From Octopus sinensis (Eukaryota), in assembly GCF_006345805.1 (NCBI RefSeq), contig NC_042998.1, positions 56,916,001 to 56,980,000 on the forward strand: a stretch of DNA of 64,000 nt, given 5' to 3'. The notes below the pieces were generated by a model. It did not search any database. It saw nothing but the letters and a program-made list of their open reading frames with translations, and was not told the DNA's origin. Position 1 is the stretch's first letter; each line of letters opens with the position of its first letter. Positions 39,721-53,730 of the stretch are shown in pieces. The translations under genes and the position numbers were made by a program.

Positions 39721-39750
39721 GAAAGAAAGAGAGATTGAGAGAGAGAGATC
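38990..39750. repeat. Polypurine (GA-rich) tract with ~270-bp internal tandem duplication and (TAGA)n
   Basis: GGGTGGGAGACAAAGTGGGAG..AAGCAAATAAGTATTACAGAG occurs at ~39105 and ~39377. Confidence 0.9.
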
Positions 39751-41596
39751 AGTATATATGGAGTGATGATGCGGTCTCCATTTTCTGTCTAAGACCAAGA
39801 CCTAAGAGATGGATGTTGTATATAAGGGTAAGCTTAGTCAAGTGATTTACTGTTGTTAAGTACAAAATTAATTTCGCTCACATCTGAAAACATGGTTGAC
39901 ATGAAACTAAGTTTCTGACAGGTCTGTTTCTACGAAGAAAGATGCTTCCTAAGGAGGGGAAACGTCTCAGAATGTAAAAATGGTGTTTGTGAATGTTTCT
40001 ATCACAATTTAGATACTGGAAGTTAGAAAGATAGGCTGATTGGCTGTTGGCAGTCTGCAAACGGTTTTCTCTTTTTAGCGAAGGGTAAAACCGTAGTATA
40101 ATCCAAATACCGGTGGACGTGCTAGTTTGAAACGATCAGACATGTTCCAATACTTAGTGTGTATGTATACGTGGTGGTGAGATATCTAGCTTTATTAGTG
40201 GAGGGATGATGGGTAGGAGAGTTCCATAAAATTGGTAAGGGGTCAGAAGATCCTAATGCAGTGTGGGAGGTTGAAGAGCTGACAGCTGGTCTTATGAAGA
40301 AAGGTACCTCTTATTTTACAAATAGTAGTGTTGTACTGGTGAGTATATAAGACACCCGGTTGTGGGTGATGGATAAGTTTTTCCATGTGTTTTAGGCAGT
40401 ATTCTTATCCAGGATTAATGCTGTGGTCATGGAGTTTTACTACCCTAGCAGCCCGATATATGAAATTGAAATTGAATAGCTTCCTTAGTAAATAATTTAT
40501 CGGCTATTTTACTTTAGAGTGCTCATTAACTCTTCTGTCTTCAACTAATATTTCGACTTTCTACTGATCAAGTAATATTTCCATTGTTACTTGTTGAATA
40601 GCTTGGTTCTACATACCTTCTCTGTTTATTGAATGGCCAAATAATAGTTTGAATGGGTTTGGAACTTTGCCATAAACTTTTTTCAAATTAACAGGTGGAA
40701 TGTAGGAAGCTAAGTAATATATATTTCCAGCAAGATGTGATAAATACTATTCTTAAGTAGGCCTGCTGAAATGCCTCCATTACCTCTTACTGTGATCAGA
40801 TATTGTTAGTTTTTCTACTATCTATCTCCATTAAAATATTCTTTATACTCAGCAGTGTGGTATAACTTTGATATGGAAAGGATAATATTAAATTTCTCTC
40901 TTTCTGTAGAATCCTAGTCGCAAAAAATGTGGGACCAATTAATATGTATGATTACTGCTTCACATAATTTTAAAATGCTAATCTATCTGACATGTGCGTA
41001 AGTTAATTAAAAAATATTTACTTTTTCATTATTTGTGTTTTTCTTCATTCTCTCTGTCCCTGCCCCTCTTTCTCTTCCTTGTATATATGTATACACACAC
41101 ACACACATACACACGCTCAAACACATCTTTATTTTGTTTAATGCTACCATCGAGTTATGCTAAAAAATATCTTATCTGCTTGAAAAATTAAGATATTAAG
41201 ATATTTTCTTAATATGAAACCGATGGTAGACTTAATAGACAAAGAGAGAAACTATCGGTGCAGTGTTGACCACTCATTCTCATTGTTTGACATGTACGTT
41301 TATACTTATATATATATATACACACACACAGGCTGGGATTTCGTTATTTTCTTCCTTTTTTGCCATATACAGGTTACAAATTCTGTTTGTTTGTGGAGAC
41401 TTTTTATTAGTAGGAGAAATAGTGATCAATTTGGCTGCTATTTCTAATATTTTCGGTATGTGGTTTTGAGCAACTTGTTGCAATTAACCCTTAATTATAA
41501 TTATTATTATCCTTACCAAATATGGTCTTTTCCATACCGATAAATCTACTAGGTGAAATTTATTAATTTTATTAAATTAATTATATTCCACCCTTT

Positions 41597-41661
<65 letters not shown>

Positions 41662-42744
41662 TACTTATATACATAAAAGCTAAAAATATATCTTTGAATC
41701 AAACATAAATTGCACAATGGAAACATTGCCTAACATAGAACTCAATACGTCGGCTCAAGTGAATAGATATGCTAATCAAAAGTCGACGGACTTCTCTGAA
41801 TTTGGCTCCTTGCTGGATTTTTCAATAATGATCAGTATCGATTCTTCATTTTACCTATACACAACCGCAAAAGGCTCACCCAGTTTTCTCAGAAGTTTTA
41901 TTATATACACTTCACTGTCTGGGTCACGTTAGCCGTAACCCGTTTTATAAGTAGATTTATAAGTCAGGAAGTTAACAAAGAGAGAATGTCATCATAACGC
42001 ATACAAACATCAACATGCACTAAATACTTAACATACACTTAGTATAGTATAGTATCAATGTCAAGAAGGAAAAAGCAAGCGCCCTCTTTACAATCAGTAA
42101 AAAAAACATTGTTCATGTTTTAAAACTAAATATATATTAACAGTAAAAAAAACTTCAAACTTTGCTGCAGCAGTCACCTCTCTCTCAAGTTCTCTTCATA
42201 TGCGTACATGCATGCATACACACACAAAGACACACCCTCAAATAACACGCATACAATTTTATTTACCTTCTCGCCTCTTTCTCTCATCTTAGCTCCTCCA
42301 GAGAAGAGCATTCTCCCCCAATTTCAAAAACTTCGTCCGTTTTTCCTGCTATTTCCCTTTCTCACTCCCTCTGAGCTTTCTTCTGACGGAGTCTAATGAC
42401 CGAAACGTTGTGACTTTGTACTGTCCATTAATTCATTAATCATTCTTGTCAAACGTTGTTTCCCTGTAATGTCCATTTATTCCTCATTGCATTTGCACTA
42501 TATATTGTGTGGAGTCATAAGTTTTGCAATATTTTGGTAACTTATTTGCTTTAATCGTCAAGTTACAACAAAGGTAGCCTAGCATTCTAAGTAGAGGCCA
42601 TCGTATTGCAGCGTCTGAAGCCAACTTCCTGCCAATTCATCGATCTTACGTTAACCCCAGTTGTTATCCTTCGAGGCGAAGAACTTCAGTAAAGCTCCCA
42701 CGTCCTCTTGGTTGATTAAGTGTCACGAATACAGGAAGTGAGCC

Positions 42745-43412
42745 ATGGATCGGAACAAGAAATATCCAAGGGAGATATTTCCTCCCAATGCTAACATGCA
42801 TAAACAGTGGTTAACCAAGGTCCAGGTTCTGGAACCTGTCGCCAAACATGGTCGTTTCGAACACAAGGTGACGCTCTGCGTTTGGTGGAATTATGGGGAG
42901 ATAATTCACTACGACTCCGTTCCGGCTTGTCGAACCATCGATGCCAACCTGCATTCTGAACAACTGGAACTGGTGTATGCCATAGCGCAGCAAAATTATC
43001 GGGCATTGGTTAACAGAAAGTGAACCCTTTTGCAACAAAGCAATGCAAGACTTCACACTACTCGAACGACTCAGAATAAAATCCAAAATCTTGAGGAAAT
43101 CGGACTGATGCCCCACCCAATATATAGTCAGGACCTAGCTCCCTCGGATTATTACTTGTTTCGATTCATGACTCACATCCTGCGCTCGCGACGCTTCATC
43201 AACCAGGAGGAGGTGGAAGCTTCAATGAAAGAGTTCTTCGCTTCGAAGGACAAGAGCTGGTATCGGCGTGAGATCAAAGAACTGGTAGAAAGGTGACTTC
43301 AGATGGTGCAAAACAATGGCCTCTACTTTGAATTCTAGGCTGCTTTTGTTGTAACTTTATAAATGAGGCAAATAAGTTACCAAAATATTCTAACACTTTT
43401 GATTCAACACAA
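42745..43412 (+). mobile_element. Mariner (DD34D) transposase 3' half and right end
   Basis: KVTLCVWWNYGEIIHY, LLQQSNARLHT, HPIYSQDLAPSDYYLF; ends ..TTTTGATTCAACACAA-TA. Confidence 0.85.
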
Positions 43413-43737
43413 TACATACGTATGTATGTATGTATGTATGTATGTATGTATGTATGTATGTATGTATGTATGTATGTATGTATGTATGTATGCATGCATG
43501 TATGTATATACATACATATATATATATAAAACACCCATCCACCCCTGTTGATGGGTATTATTTTACTTGTGTGAGATTAATTTTTCATGGGTACATACTA
43601 CTACACGTCATCCATTAAAGAAATACGGTTTTACAGGTCTACGTTACATTACTGCGACATTATGGAATTTCGTTCTTCATTTTTACAGGAAATCTTGAAC
43701 TTAGGAACGCAAGCTGAAGAAAAACGCAAGAATTATA

Positions 43738-43857
43738 TATTTCTTTACTGACCACAAGAGGCTAAACATAGAGGGGACAAACAAGGACAGACAAAGGGAT
43801 TAAGTCGATTATATCGACCCCAGTGCGAAACTGATACTTAATTTATCGACCCCAGTG
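43738..43857 (-). mobile_element. SINE family B, 3' half
   Basis: CCACAAGAGGCTAAACATAGAGGGGACAAACAAGGACAGAC.. Confidence 0.75.
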
Positions 43858-43974
43858 CTCCCGTGCTACCCTAGTGACATGTACGAATGTACAGCTATGT
43901 GGACTGAGCTATTTCAAGATTATTGTTCTCCGTTGGTAATTAATTTTTCACTTTCCTACTGCTGCTACCTTACA

Positions 43975-44250
43975 TAACCTACCTACTTCCCTACCTACCT
44001 ACCTACCTACCTACCTACCTACCTACCTACCTACCTACCTACCTACCTACCTACATACATACCTACCTACCTACCTTCCTACCTACCTACATACCTACCT
44101 ACCTACCTACCTACCTATCTAGCAATCTACCTAGCTACCTACCTAGCTACCTAGCTACCTAGCTACCTAACTGCTACCTAACTATTACCAACTAACAACT
44201 TATCGACCTATCTACCTATGAATCTACGTGTCTAGTTACTTATCTATCAC

Positions 44251-44311
<61 letters not shown>

Positions 44312-44320
44312 TTACTTACC
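43975..44320. repeat. (TACC)n / (TATC)n compound tetranucleotide repeat
   Basis: Direct inspection. Confidence 0.9.
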
Positions 44321-44519
44321 TACCTATCTTTCTACGTATATACTTACGCACCTACGTATGTACTTACGCACCTGGCTAGACATAGACATACATATGTACC
44401 AACCTACATGCCAAACTTACCTTCATGAATGCGCGCGTGCACACATACATACAGAAATACATATCTACGTGCATACACACCATACATACACACCACACAC
44501 ACGCACACACGAAAGTCAG

Positions 44520-44800
44520 TTGCTAAGCGGATGTCAACATAAAGCTAAAGATCAGCGACAAAGAAAGCACCTACGCTGAATTATTGAAAAATTTACAGCA
44601 ACTCTATCCGGATTGCAAGGTCAGGTAGTTATACCTGTAGTTATAGGGGCACTAGGATACTTAACAAACTGTCTAAGCATCAATCTTGAGAAATCAGGCT
44701 TCTCAGAATCAGAAAGGAGAAAGCTAATTAGAAGATTAGATATGCATGCCATTAATGGAATACTTTAAAGTGTAAGATTTCGCAATCCAAGAAGAGGATA
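44520..44800 (+). mobile_element. RLE-clade (R4-like) retrotransposon endonuclease-domain remnant
   Basis: DVNIKLKISDKESTYAELLKNLQQLYPD.. then VIPVVIGALGYL after a frameshift. Confidence 0.6.
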
Positions 44801-45074
44801 TAGCAACTAAATATCTACTGCACAATAAATGATAACAGTACGTTGAAAGAAATATAGACAAGTAACGACTCTCTGTTGATTAACACCAGAAATTTCCCCC
44901 ACATTATAATCAGTTGTTCAAAAATATCCTCAAAATGTTATTTTCGTATGAATCAAGATGCCTAGATCAAAACGTTATATAATGCAATCTGCTGAAAGTC
45001 ATGAAGGCAAAATTATGAAAAGTTACACTGATGCGAAGAGCATATACAGCATAATCATAATATGAAGTAATAAT

Positions 45075-45478
45075 CTTTTCTACTAAAAGCACAAGGCTTG
45101 AAATTTGCGGGGAGGTGACTAGTCGATTACACCGTTCCCATTGTGCCACTGGTACTTAATTTATAGACCTCGAAAGGATGAAAGGCAAAGACGACCCCGG
45201 CGGAATTGGAACCCAGAACGTACAAATGGGTGAAATACCTATTTCTATTTCTTTACTACCCACAGGGGGCTAAACACAGAGAGGACAAACAAGGACAGAC
45301 AAACGGATTAAGTCGATTCTATCGACCCCGTGCGTAACTGGTACTTATTTAATGGAACCCGAAAGGATGAAAGGCAAAGTCGACCTCAGCGGAATTTGAA
45401 CTCAGAACGTAGTGGCAGACGAAATACGGCTACGCATTTCGCCCGGAGTGCAAACGTTTCTGCCAGCTTGCCGCCTTC
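45075..45478 (-). mobile_element. SINE family B dimer
   Basis: Same motifs as 24009-24425. Confidence 0.8.
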
Positions 45479-46428
45479 ATATTTGAAGTAATAACGATTG
45501 AATGATCCTGTCAAAAATCTTCGGTAAACTGTATGCTTTGCAGTCCACACATTTTGATGATAGACTGAAAGGAGAGCGCGTGCAATGTAGTAGAAATCAT
45601 TTGCCTAGTATATATTAGCGTAGTGCCAAAGATTAGTGAGAAAGAAAATATCTACGACGAACTAATGAGAAATAGGTCGGTACAATATTCTGACTATAAT
45701 TATAGATTTTTATCTGTGACTATAAAGTTAAATAATTAAGCAGCTAAAAGTATCAGTTAGGTAATTAGAGAAACAAACCACTAACAGAACTGTGAAAATT
45801 TATGATAAAAATTAGTGTACCTCAAGGGTCAGGTTTCTGTAGAATACTCATCCATTAACCCGCTGACCTGTCGAAGAAACCAATAAAACAAATAAAAATG
45901 CATGGTCGGAAATTTTGACCGAAATTCATTATATATGCCACAATCTTGATTGTGATTCAAATTATGATGTCTGAAGGAGTGACTGAACACTAAATTTATT
46001 GCATGAATTGTATGACTTCATATGTAATTGGAAATGGTGTCGTTCGTTTACTGAAACGTACATAACATTCGTTCAACTTATCGTTTCCTCAATTAAAATT
46101 ATTGCTATTCAATCTCTGAGGATTATAACATACCTATTTGAAATACATGCCTTTATTTGGCGAAGTGCCCCTTTAAATGTTGACCTAAGTATTGGTTAAT
46201 TAAAAGATGTAACCTTTAAGCCACTATTCGAATATCATGCTAGCCAGCTTCCTACATGAAGTGCTACTGAGGTGATCGCCTGGATTATACTTATCGTTTA
46301 AATTGTATATGAATACAGGTACATACATACATACATACATACATACATACATACATACATACATACATAATACATGTGTGTATGTATATATGTAAGTATA
46401 TATATGTATTTATGTGAGAGTATATATG

Positions 46429-46463
<35 letters not shown>

Positions 46464-47024
46464 CAAAAGAGGCGGGTGTTTCCATGCAGGAAAAATATAG
46501 GCAAATTTGTTATTAAAAATGCCTCTAAATTTGGAAAACTTGTAATTGTTTAACATACATTTATTAACATATATACCAAGCTAGTTTCAACAATATTTTT
46601 TGTACAAAGGTCATTAATGTTAGTAGTGATCGATTAATGAGCTTTCTACGTTCAAACAAATTGATGTACAGTTTTAATATTATTGACTGCTATGAACATT
46701 TAAGCTTGTCAACATTGAAATTCCTGTACCCGTCTTCCTAATTTATAATTTTAAACTTTAGTTCATAATTTTAAACAGAGGGGTCACAAAGGAGAGCTAG
46801 GAAGAAGGGAAGATAATAAAGTAGTGGTGATCCCAAAACGAAGGTGCGCGTGCGTAGGTATAAGAGAGCATGTATGTGCGTGTGGCAGAGGGCTGGTGAC
46901 CTTAACGTGTGCGTATATATTCAACTTAGATGAAAGTAAACAAAGTTTGCTTTAGAAGCGTTGAGATGTATTGAAAGATAGAGAAATAATGTATTCTCAA
47001 ACGCATGATAATACTAATACAATA

Positions 47025-47200
47025 CCTATTTCTTTACTACCCACAAGGGGCTAAACACAGAGGGGACGAACAAGGACAGACGAACGGATTAAGTCGGTTA
47101 CATCGACCGCAGTGCGTAACTGGTACTTAATTTATCGACCCCGAAAGGATGAAAGGCAAAGTCGACCTCGGCGTGCTAACGTTTCTGCCAGCTCGCCGTC
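47025..47200 (-). mobile_element. SINE family B with internal deletion
   Basis: ..GTCGACCTCGGCG joined directly to TGCTAACGTTTCTGCCAGCTCGCC. Confidence 0.75.
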
Positions 47201-47353
47201 TCGCGATGCTAATACAGTACCATGAACAAGATAAACTATCCATATATTGCAGAAAAATTTGTTACCGGCCAGCCATAACACTCGAACTCACATCCCTGTG
47301 ATTACGCGTCAAGCACATACTTTTCTGCAGAGGCACGCGCACGCACACACACA

Positions 47354-47401
<48 letters not shown>

Positions 47402-47876
47402 TCACTCACTCACACACACAAACCTATGTAGGTGATGACGTGAAGTTCAAAGCGAAGAATGTTGGTACGTGGTAAAAGTAATAACGTAGTAAACTGTGTT
47501 AAGCTTCCGGTTTGCCGTTTCACCGAGCCAACATTATACCCATCTCTTCAAACTATTTCCGTTGCCCGTGTTTCGACAACTAAACATCAATTTACTATTT
47601 TCATACAAACATGACATTTCCACTCTTAACCTGTTTCTTCACAATATTGACAAGAAACCATTACACCTTATCTTCTCATCCAATCACTATGACAAAATTA
47701 CACTGAGACAGCTACAGAAATCGATATTTAGTATTGAACCCTTTGTCTTCTATTTGTAGACGCATTCATTTGATCATTCAAACACTGCTGTTTAGATATG
47801 TTGGTATATGAATAGTCGAGTACATACAAACACTCAAGCACACATACAAACACATACATATATACATATGCACACG

Positions 47877-47918
<42 letters not shown>

Positions 47919-48284
47919 ACACATATATATATATGTATATGTATAATATATATATATGTCTATATGTATATATCTATATATAAATATATATATATATGTA
48001 TGTATATGTATACACATTGGTCCACAAAACAGACCGACAGTATAGTACTAGGCATAAAAGATATGTCCTAGGGTAGATTTGTTTCGACTAAAACGCTTCA
48101 AGGTGGTGCGCCAGCATAGCCGCAGTCAAATGACTGAAATAAGTAAAACAATTAAAGGCTAAAATTATATATATATATATATATATAGTCACACCTGCGC
48201 ACATACGTACATAGATGCATGCATACATACATACATACATACATACATACATACATACATACATACATACATACATACACAGAC

Positions 48285-48332
<48 letters not shown>

Positions 48333-48349
48333 TGTGTATGTGTATTCAT

Positions 48350-48506
48350 ATAGGTGCAGGTGTGGCGGTGTGGTAAGAAGCTTTTTTCCCAACCACATTC
48401 CGGGTTCAGTCCCACTATGTAGCAACCTTGCGCAAGTGTCATCTAGTATAGCCTCGAGCCGACCAAAGCCTTGTAAGTTGACAGAAACTGGAAGAAGCAC
48501 ATCGTA
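48350..48506 (+). mobile_element. SINE family A, 5' half
   Basis: TGTGGTAAGAAGC..CCGGGTTCAGTCCCAC..CCGACCAAAGCCTTGT. Confidence 0.7.
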
Positions 48507-48551
48507 TACATACATATATATTATATATATATATATATATATTATATTTAT

Positions 48552-48672
48552 TATATAGAAGGAGCTTCTACAGGACTAGTACTTTTCATTCAAGAGAAAT
48601 CTTCAGGAAGCAGCTTCCTGAAGATTTCTCTGAATGAAACAGTACTAGTCCTGTAGAAGCTCCTTCTATATA
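48552..48672. repeat. ~120-bp palindrome between AT-rich tracts
   Basis: Centre AGGAAGC-A-GCTTCCT at 48612; ~58-bp arms. Confidence 0.9.
48612..48661 (+). ncRNA. Compact type I hammerhead ribozyme (weak helix II)
   Basis: AGCTTC-CTGAAGA-TTTC TCT GAAT-GAAACAG-TACTAGTC-CTGTA^GAAGCT. Helix I 6 bp, helix III 4 bp, GUA triplet; helix II has only 3 bp with U.U at its base. Confidence 0.6.
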
Positions 48673-48774
48673 ATAAATTAATTTTACTCTGCTATGTATT
48701 GAGTACCTTACTTACTGTGGTTAACCCCGATCAACCGGGACCTACATATATATATATATATATATATATATAGA

Positions 48775-48807
<33 letters not shown>

Positions 48808-49475
48808 GATTATCTATGTGTGTGCCCTTGACAACCAGTATCGATGTGTCTACGATGCATGGAGCCGAATCAAACTGTTACTAAATAGTAATATACGCAA
48901 ACATGTATTCGTGTATGTATGTATATATTTACACCACCATACATGCACGTAAACACGCGGGGGCGCGCAGGCAGAATCACATGCGGAGCAATTATATCGC
49001 GAATGATTCATATAGACATTAAATACAACGGAATTGAGTGGGGCCGCAGATGTACGACAAAACCTTTTCACATTTTATAGTTTACAGTATTAGAATAAGA
49101 AAGTATACTTAACTGAATATAACAATATATGTGAATTTTAATTGGTTAACATTTCCACAATGTAATTATTTCAGTTTCAACCAGCATGCGATGTCAGAGA
49201 AAGTTACTTTGCCGAGCCAACTCGTGTATGTATGTATGTATGTATGTATGTATGTATGTATGTATGTATGTATGTATGTATGTATGTATGTATGTACACA
49301 CATATATTTACATTCAATTTATATATATATACATTCCATGTATATATGTATTTATAAGTATATGTATATGTATATGTAAATGTATATGTATATATATACA
49401 TAATAGTATGTGTGTGTACACACACACGCACACACACATATATATATACATATATACATATATACATACTATGTG

Positions 49476-49513
<38 letters not shown>

Positions 49514-50409
49514 TATATATATATATATATATACATATGATATATATGAGCGAATTAGTGAGTCAGATTTTTATACAGAAAATATCCATTTTAAACGTTG
49601 CCTTACTTACGAATAGACTTAGCCATAGAAACACCACTCCTCATATGTGCACGCGCGACACGCATACACACACACACACACACACTCACACACACATGCA
49701 ATTACATATACTCACATGCGCACACGCAGTGGTATTTATGCACAACACTGCAGGGCCTATGAATTAATTAGTTCGACACGAAACAGAGATATTTAGTCTT
49801 GATCTAAAACAATTCTAAACAGGAAAGAAACACAAATTCTCATACAAATGTTTTAAATGTTATACTGTACTGTGGGTTTGGTAGGGTTTGTTGTGTGGTT
49901 GCTAAGCTGGCTTAGCTGCTGTTTAGTTTCGGGGTCGATGCCAGTGGGCGACAACATTTTTAACCCTGCCTTTGCAGCTAGTTCTGCTTAATCTAGGCAG
50001 ATCCATATCTCAAAAGCATCTACAAATTTTTCTTTTTGCGTTGTACGTTGTCCATAAAGGGCAACTGTCAAAATTACTTCACCTTATCGAACTTCGATAT
50101 GGGAAAAGCCTACAACTTTCGACTCCAATGAATTGTCATTGTTTTCTGAACATTGTGTTTTTATACCTACCACCGACTGCTTGAAGCTTACAAACTTCCC
50201 ACACTTAGATTATTGGCTCTTACAAATACATATTTGTAACATATATATATATTATATATATATATATATATGTATAAATAAGGATAATATCGATATTTAA
50301 GTATCAATATTATCAAGTGGCCAGCATGGGAAAAATACCGTACAAAGGTAATAATTTTTTACAACTAAAAATAAGGGTGTCTGCTCTCAGACACCCTTAT
50401 TTTTAGTTG

Positions 50410-50440
<31 letters not shown>

Positions 50441-50442
<2 letters not shown>

Positions 50443-50850
50443 CGCGCAGGAGTACTGTGTGGTAAGTAGCTTGCTAACCAACCACATGGTTCCAGGTGCA
50501 GTCCCACTGCGTGGCATCTTGGGCAAGTGTCTTCTGCTATAGCCCCGGGCCGACCAATGCCTTGTGAGTGGATTTGGTAGACGGAAACTGAAAGAAGCCT
50601 GTCGTATATATATATATGTATATATATATATATAAGTGTGTGTGTATGTGTTTGTGTGTCTGTGTTTGTCCCCCTAGCATTGCTTGACAACCGATGCTGG
50701 TGTGTTTACGTCCCCATAACTTAGCGGTTCGGCAAAAGAGACCGATAGAATAAGTACTGGGCTTACAAAGAATAAGTCCCGGAGTCGATTTGCTCAACTA
50801 AAGGCGCTGCTCCAGCATGGCCGCAGTCAAATGACTGAAACAAGTAAAAC
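50441..50850 (+). mobile_element. tRNA-derived SINE family A, full length
   Basis: Colinear with 7516-7928; tail (AGTAAAAC)n. Confidence 0.85.
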
Positions 50851-51298
50851 AGTAAACAGTAAAACAGTGTGTGTGTGTATGTATCTTAGCAAACCCAGTG
50901 TAAAATAGAAGTGTTATATTGAACGTCGTAGTTCGTAGCAATCGTCCTGAGAAATTATCACGTATAGATTGTTAGATGATCGCTAAATTATACACAGCTC
51001 GCCAATGTTAAGCTATTACGGATTGAAGGATTTTCGGTCTGGCATTCGGTGCTTAGATTCCTGTTGTTGATTTGCGATTTACGATGAAATCACGTGATGC
51101 AACTGTCACCAACCTGTGCTAACGACATTTCATCAAGCGATTGAATCTGCGCTTTTTATGGTTCCTGACGGCTATGCCAAGTGATAGAGGTATTCCATCC
51201 AATCTGAGCACTAGTCTGTACCAATTATACTCCTTTTTACGCATTCTTACTCATTATGCAAATATATAAATGTAAAATGTATATATATGTATATATAT

Positions 51299-51359
<61 letters not shown>

Positions 51360-51499
51360 CATATATCAAGGTGTAGGGAGAAAGTTAGCTTCAAGCGATC
51401 CGCAGAGAATATAAAAAAACAACTCTCAGGGAGAATAGTGGTTTATTGAGACGTAAGGTTGTGGATTTTTGCGTATCGAAATACGATAAACCAAAAAAA

Positions 51500-52350
<851 letters not shown>

Positions 52351-52351
52351 T

Positions 52352-52600
52352 TAGCGCGGATTACTAACCCCAAGATTCCGAGTTCAATTCTTAGCAGTGA
52401 CCTGAACATCAACAACAACAACAACAACAACAACAATACTAATAATAATAACATCGAAAAATAACTTAGGAATTAGAACCCAGGTTCGAAATTTCCCCAA
52501 GACATCTGATGAAGTCTGGAGGGTATGTCAACCGAGACGTTGTGTTAACAACAAACAAGATGAGGACAAATATCTGTCGAATGTAAATAATGTAAATGAT
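52352..52600 (+). mobile_element. Chimeric element: partial tRNA-like head, (AAC/AAT)n, then a tail with a decayed hammerhead
   Basis: B-box-like GAGTTCAATTC at 52380; GACAT-CTGATGA..GAGAC-GTT-GTGTT at 52501-52546; (ATGTAAATA)n-like tail. Confidence 0.5.
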
Positions 52601-53149
52601 GGTTAATCCCGTTTGAAAACAAGGACGTTGGTATATGGGAAGACTCGTGATAAAACATTGTAAGGTTGATAAAATGATGCAAGGTTGATATAGCGATGCA
52701 CAAGGTGGAATGAGAAGACAAAGGGTGAAAACAAAAAGGGAAAACCGTGAATGGCGTCCCTCTTCTCCGTCGAAATAATGAGTAATTTATCAGGTTCAGA
52801 ACAATTCAACGTTGAGGGGAATCAAAGTCTGCGAGACAGCAGCTCAGTCTGGAGACGGCGATGTCTTGGGGCAAATTCGAAAGTTGATTTCGTAGACGTT
52901 TCCCTAGACTTAAACTCGCACTCTTATAAACTCTATCATAAACCGAATGAGAAACTCACACATATATACATAAACAGTCCTGTCACACACCTATAGGGTT
53001 TAAAAACCCGATAAAATGCTCAGTATTAGGATATCTAATTTCTCTTCAAAGGAGATAATTGATAAAAGATACCCCCTACTATAATAGTGCTGCAGCTTAC
53101 AGCGGCTTCATAGATAACATACAATCCTTCAATCAAAAATATGAAACCT

Positions 53150-53730
53150 AAAAACAGTCCAGGGGAAATAATATGGTTCGCCCCACTCCATTCTCTTTAA
53201 ATGTTAAAACTAGTATAGGCAAGAAATTCCTGGCATCATTAGATATTTCCTAGTAAACCATAAATACAGGAAAGTTTTTCATAGAAGTTCAGTAAAAAGC
53301 TTCATAGAGCTCCTGCCTCAATGTGAAGGACATTATGCCCACTCCTAGTTGTAACTGTCGATACTCACTTAATCAGGTGTGTTTGATAAACTCAGTCATT
53401 TATGAAACCGAAGACACAGCAGAGCTCCAAGATAAAATAATCGAAAACAAAATTACATCGGTTTATATGAAGGCACTTTTAAAAGACGATGTGCAAACTA
53501 CCAGTCTTCTTATCGACACATCGACAAAAATAAAGCCACTAAGTTGGCTAATCATGTATGAGATCTGAAAATCAACTGCTCTTCACAATCACTATAGCAT
53601 TTCGTGGAAAAATGTAGGTCATATGTGAATTGTTCAAAGAAATGCAAGCTATGCGTTGCTAGAAGATCGCACAAACCAAGAATTCCACCACACTAACTCC
53701 AGATCCGAAATTCTTAGCAAATTTCTGTCG
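53150..53730 (+). mobile_element. Decayed Penelope-like element: linker and GIY-YIG endonuclease region
   Basis: IIWF..PFSLNVKTSIGKKFL, CNCRYSLNQVCLINSVIYE, YIGLYEGTFKRRCANYQSSYRH..ATKLANH, CKLC, NSRSEILSK across frameshifts. Confidence 0.8.

Noticed and set aside
39800-40450. Possible Penelope RT fossil on the minus strand (IRPAVSS, KLDIS-like peptides)
   Set aside because: Similarity is too fragmentary to support by eye
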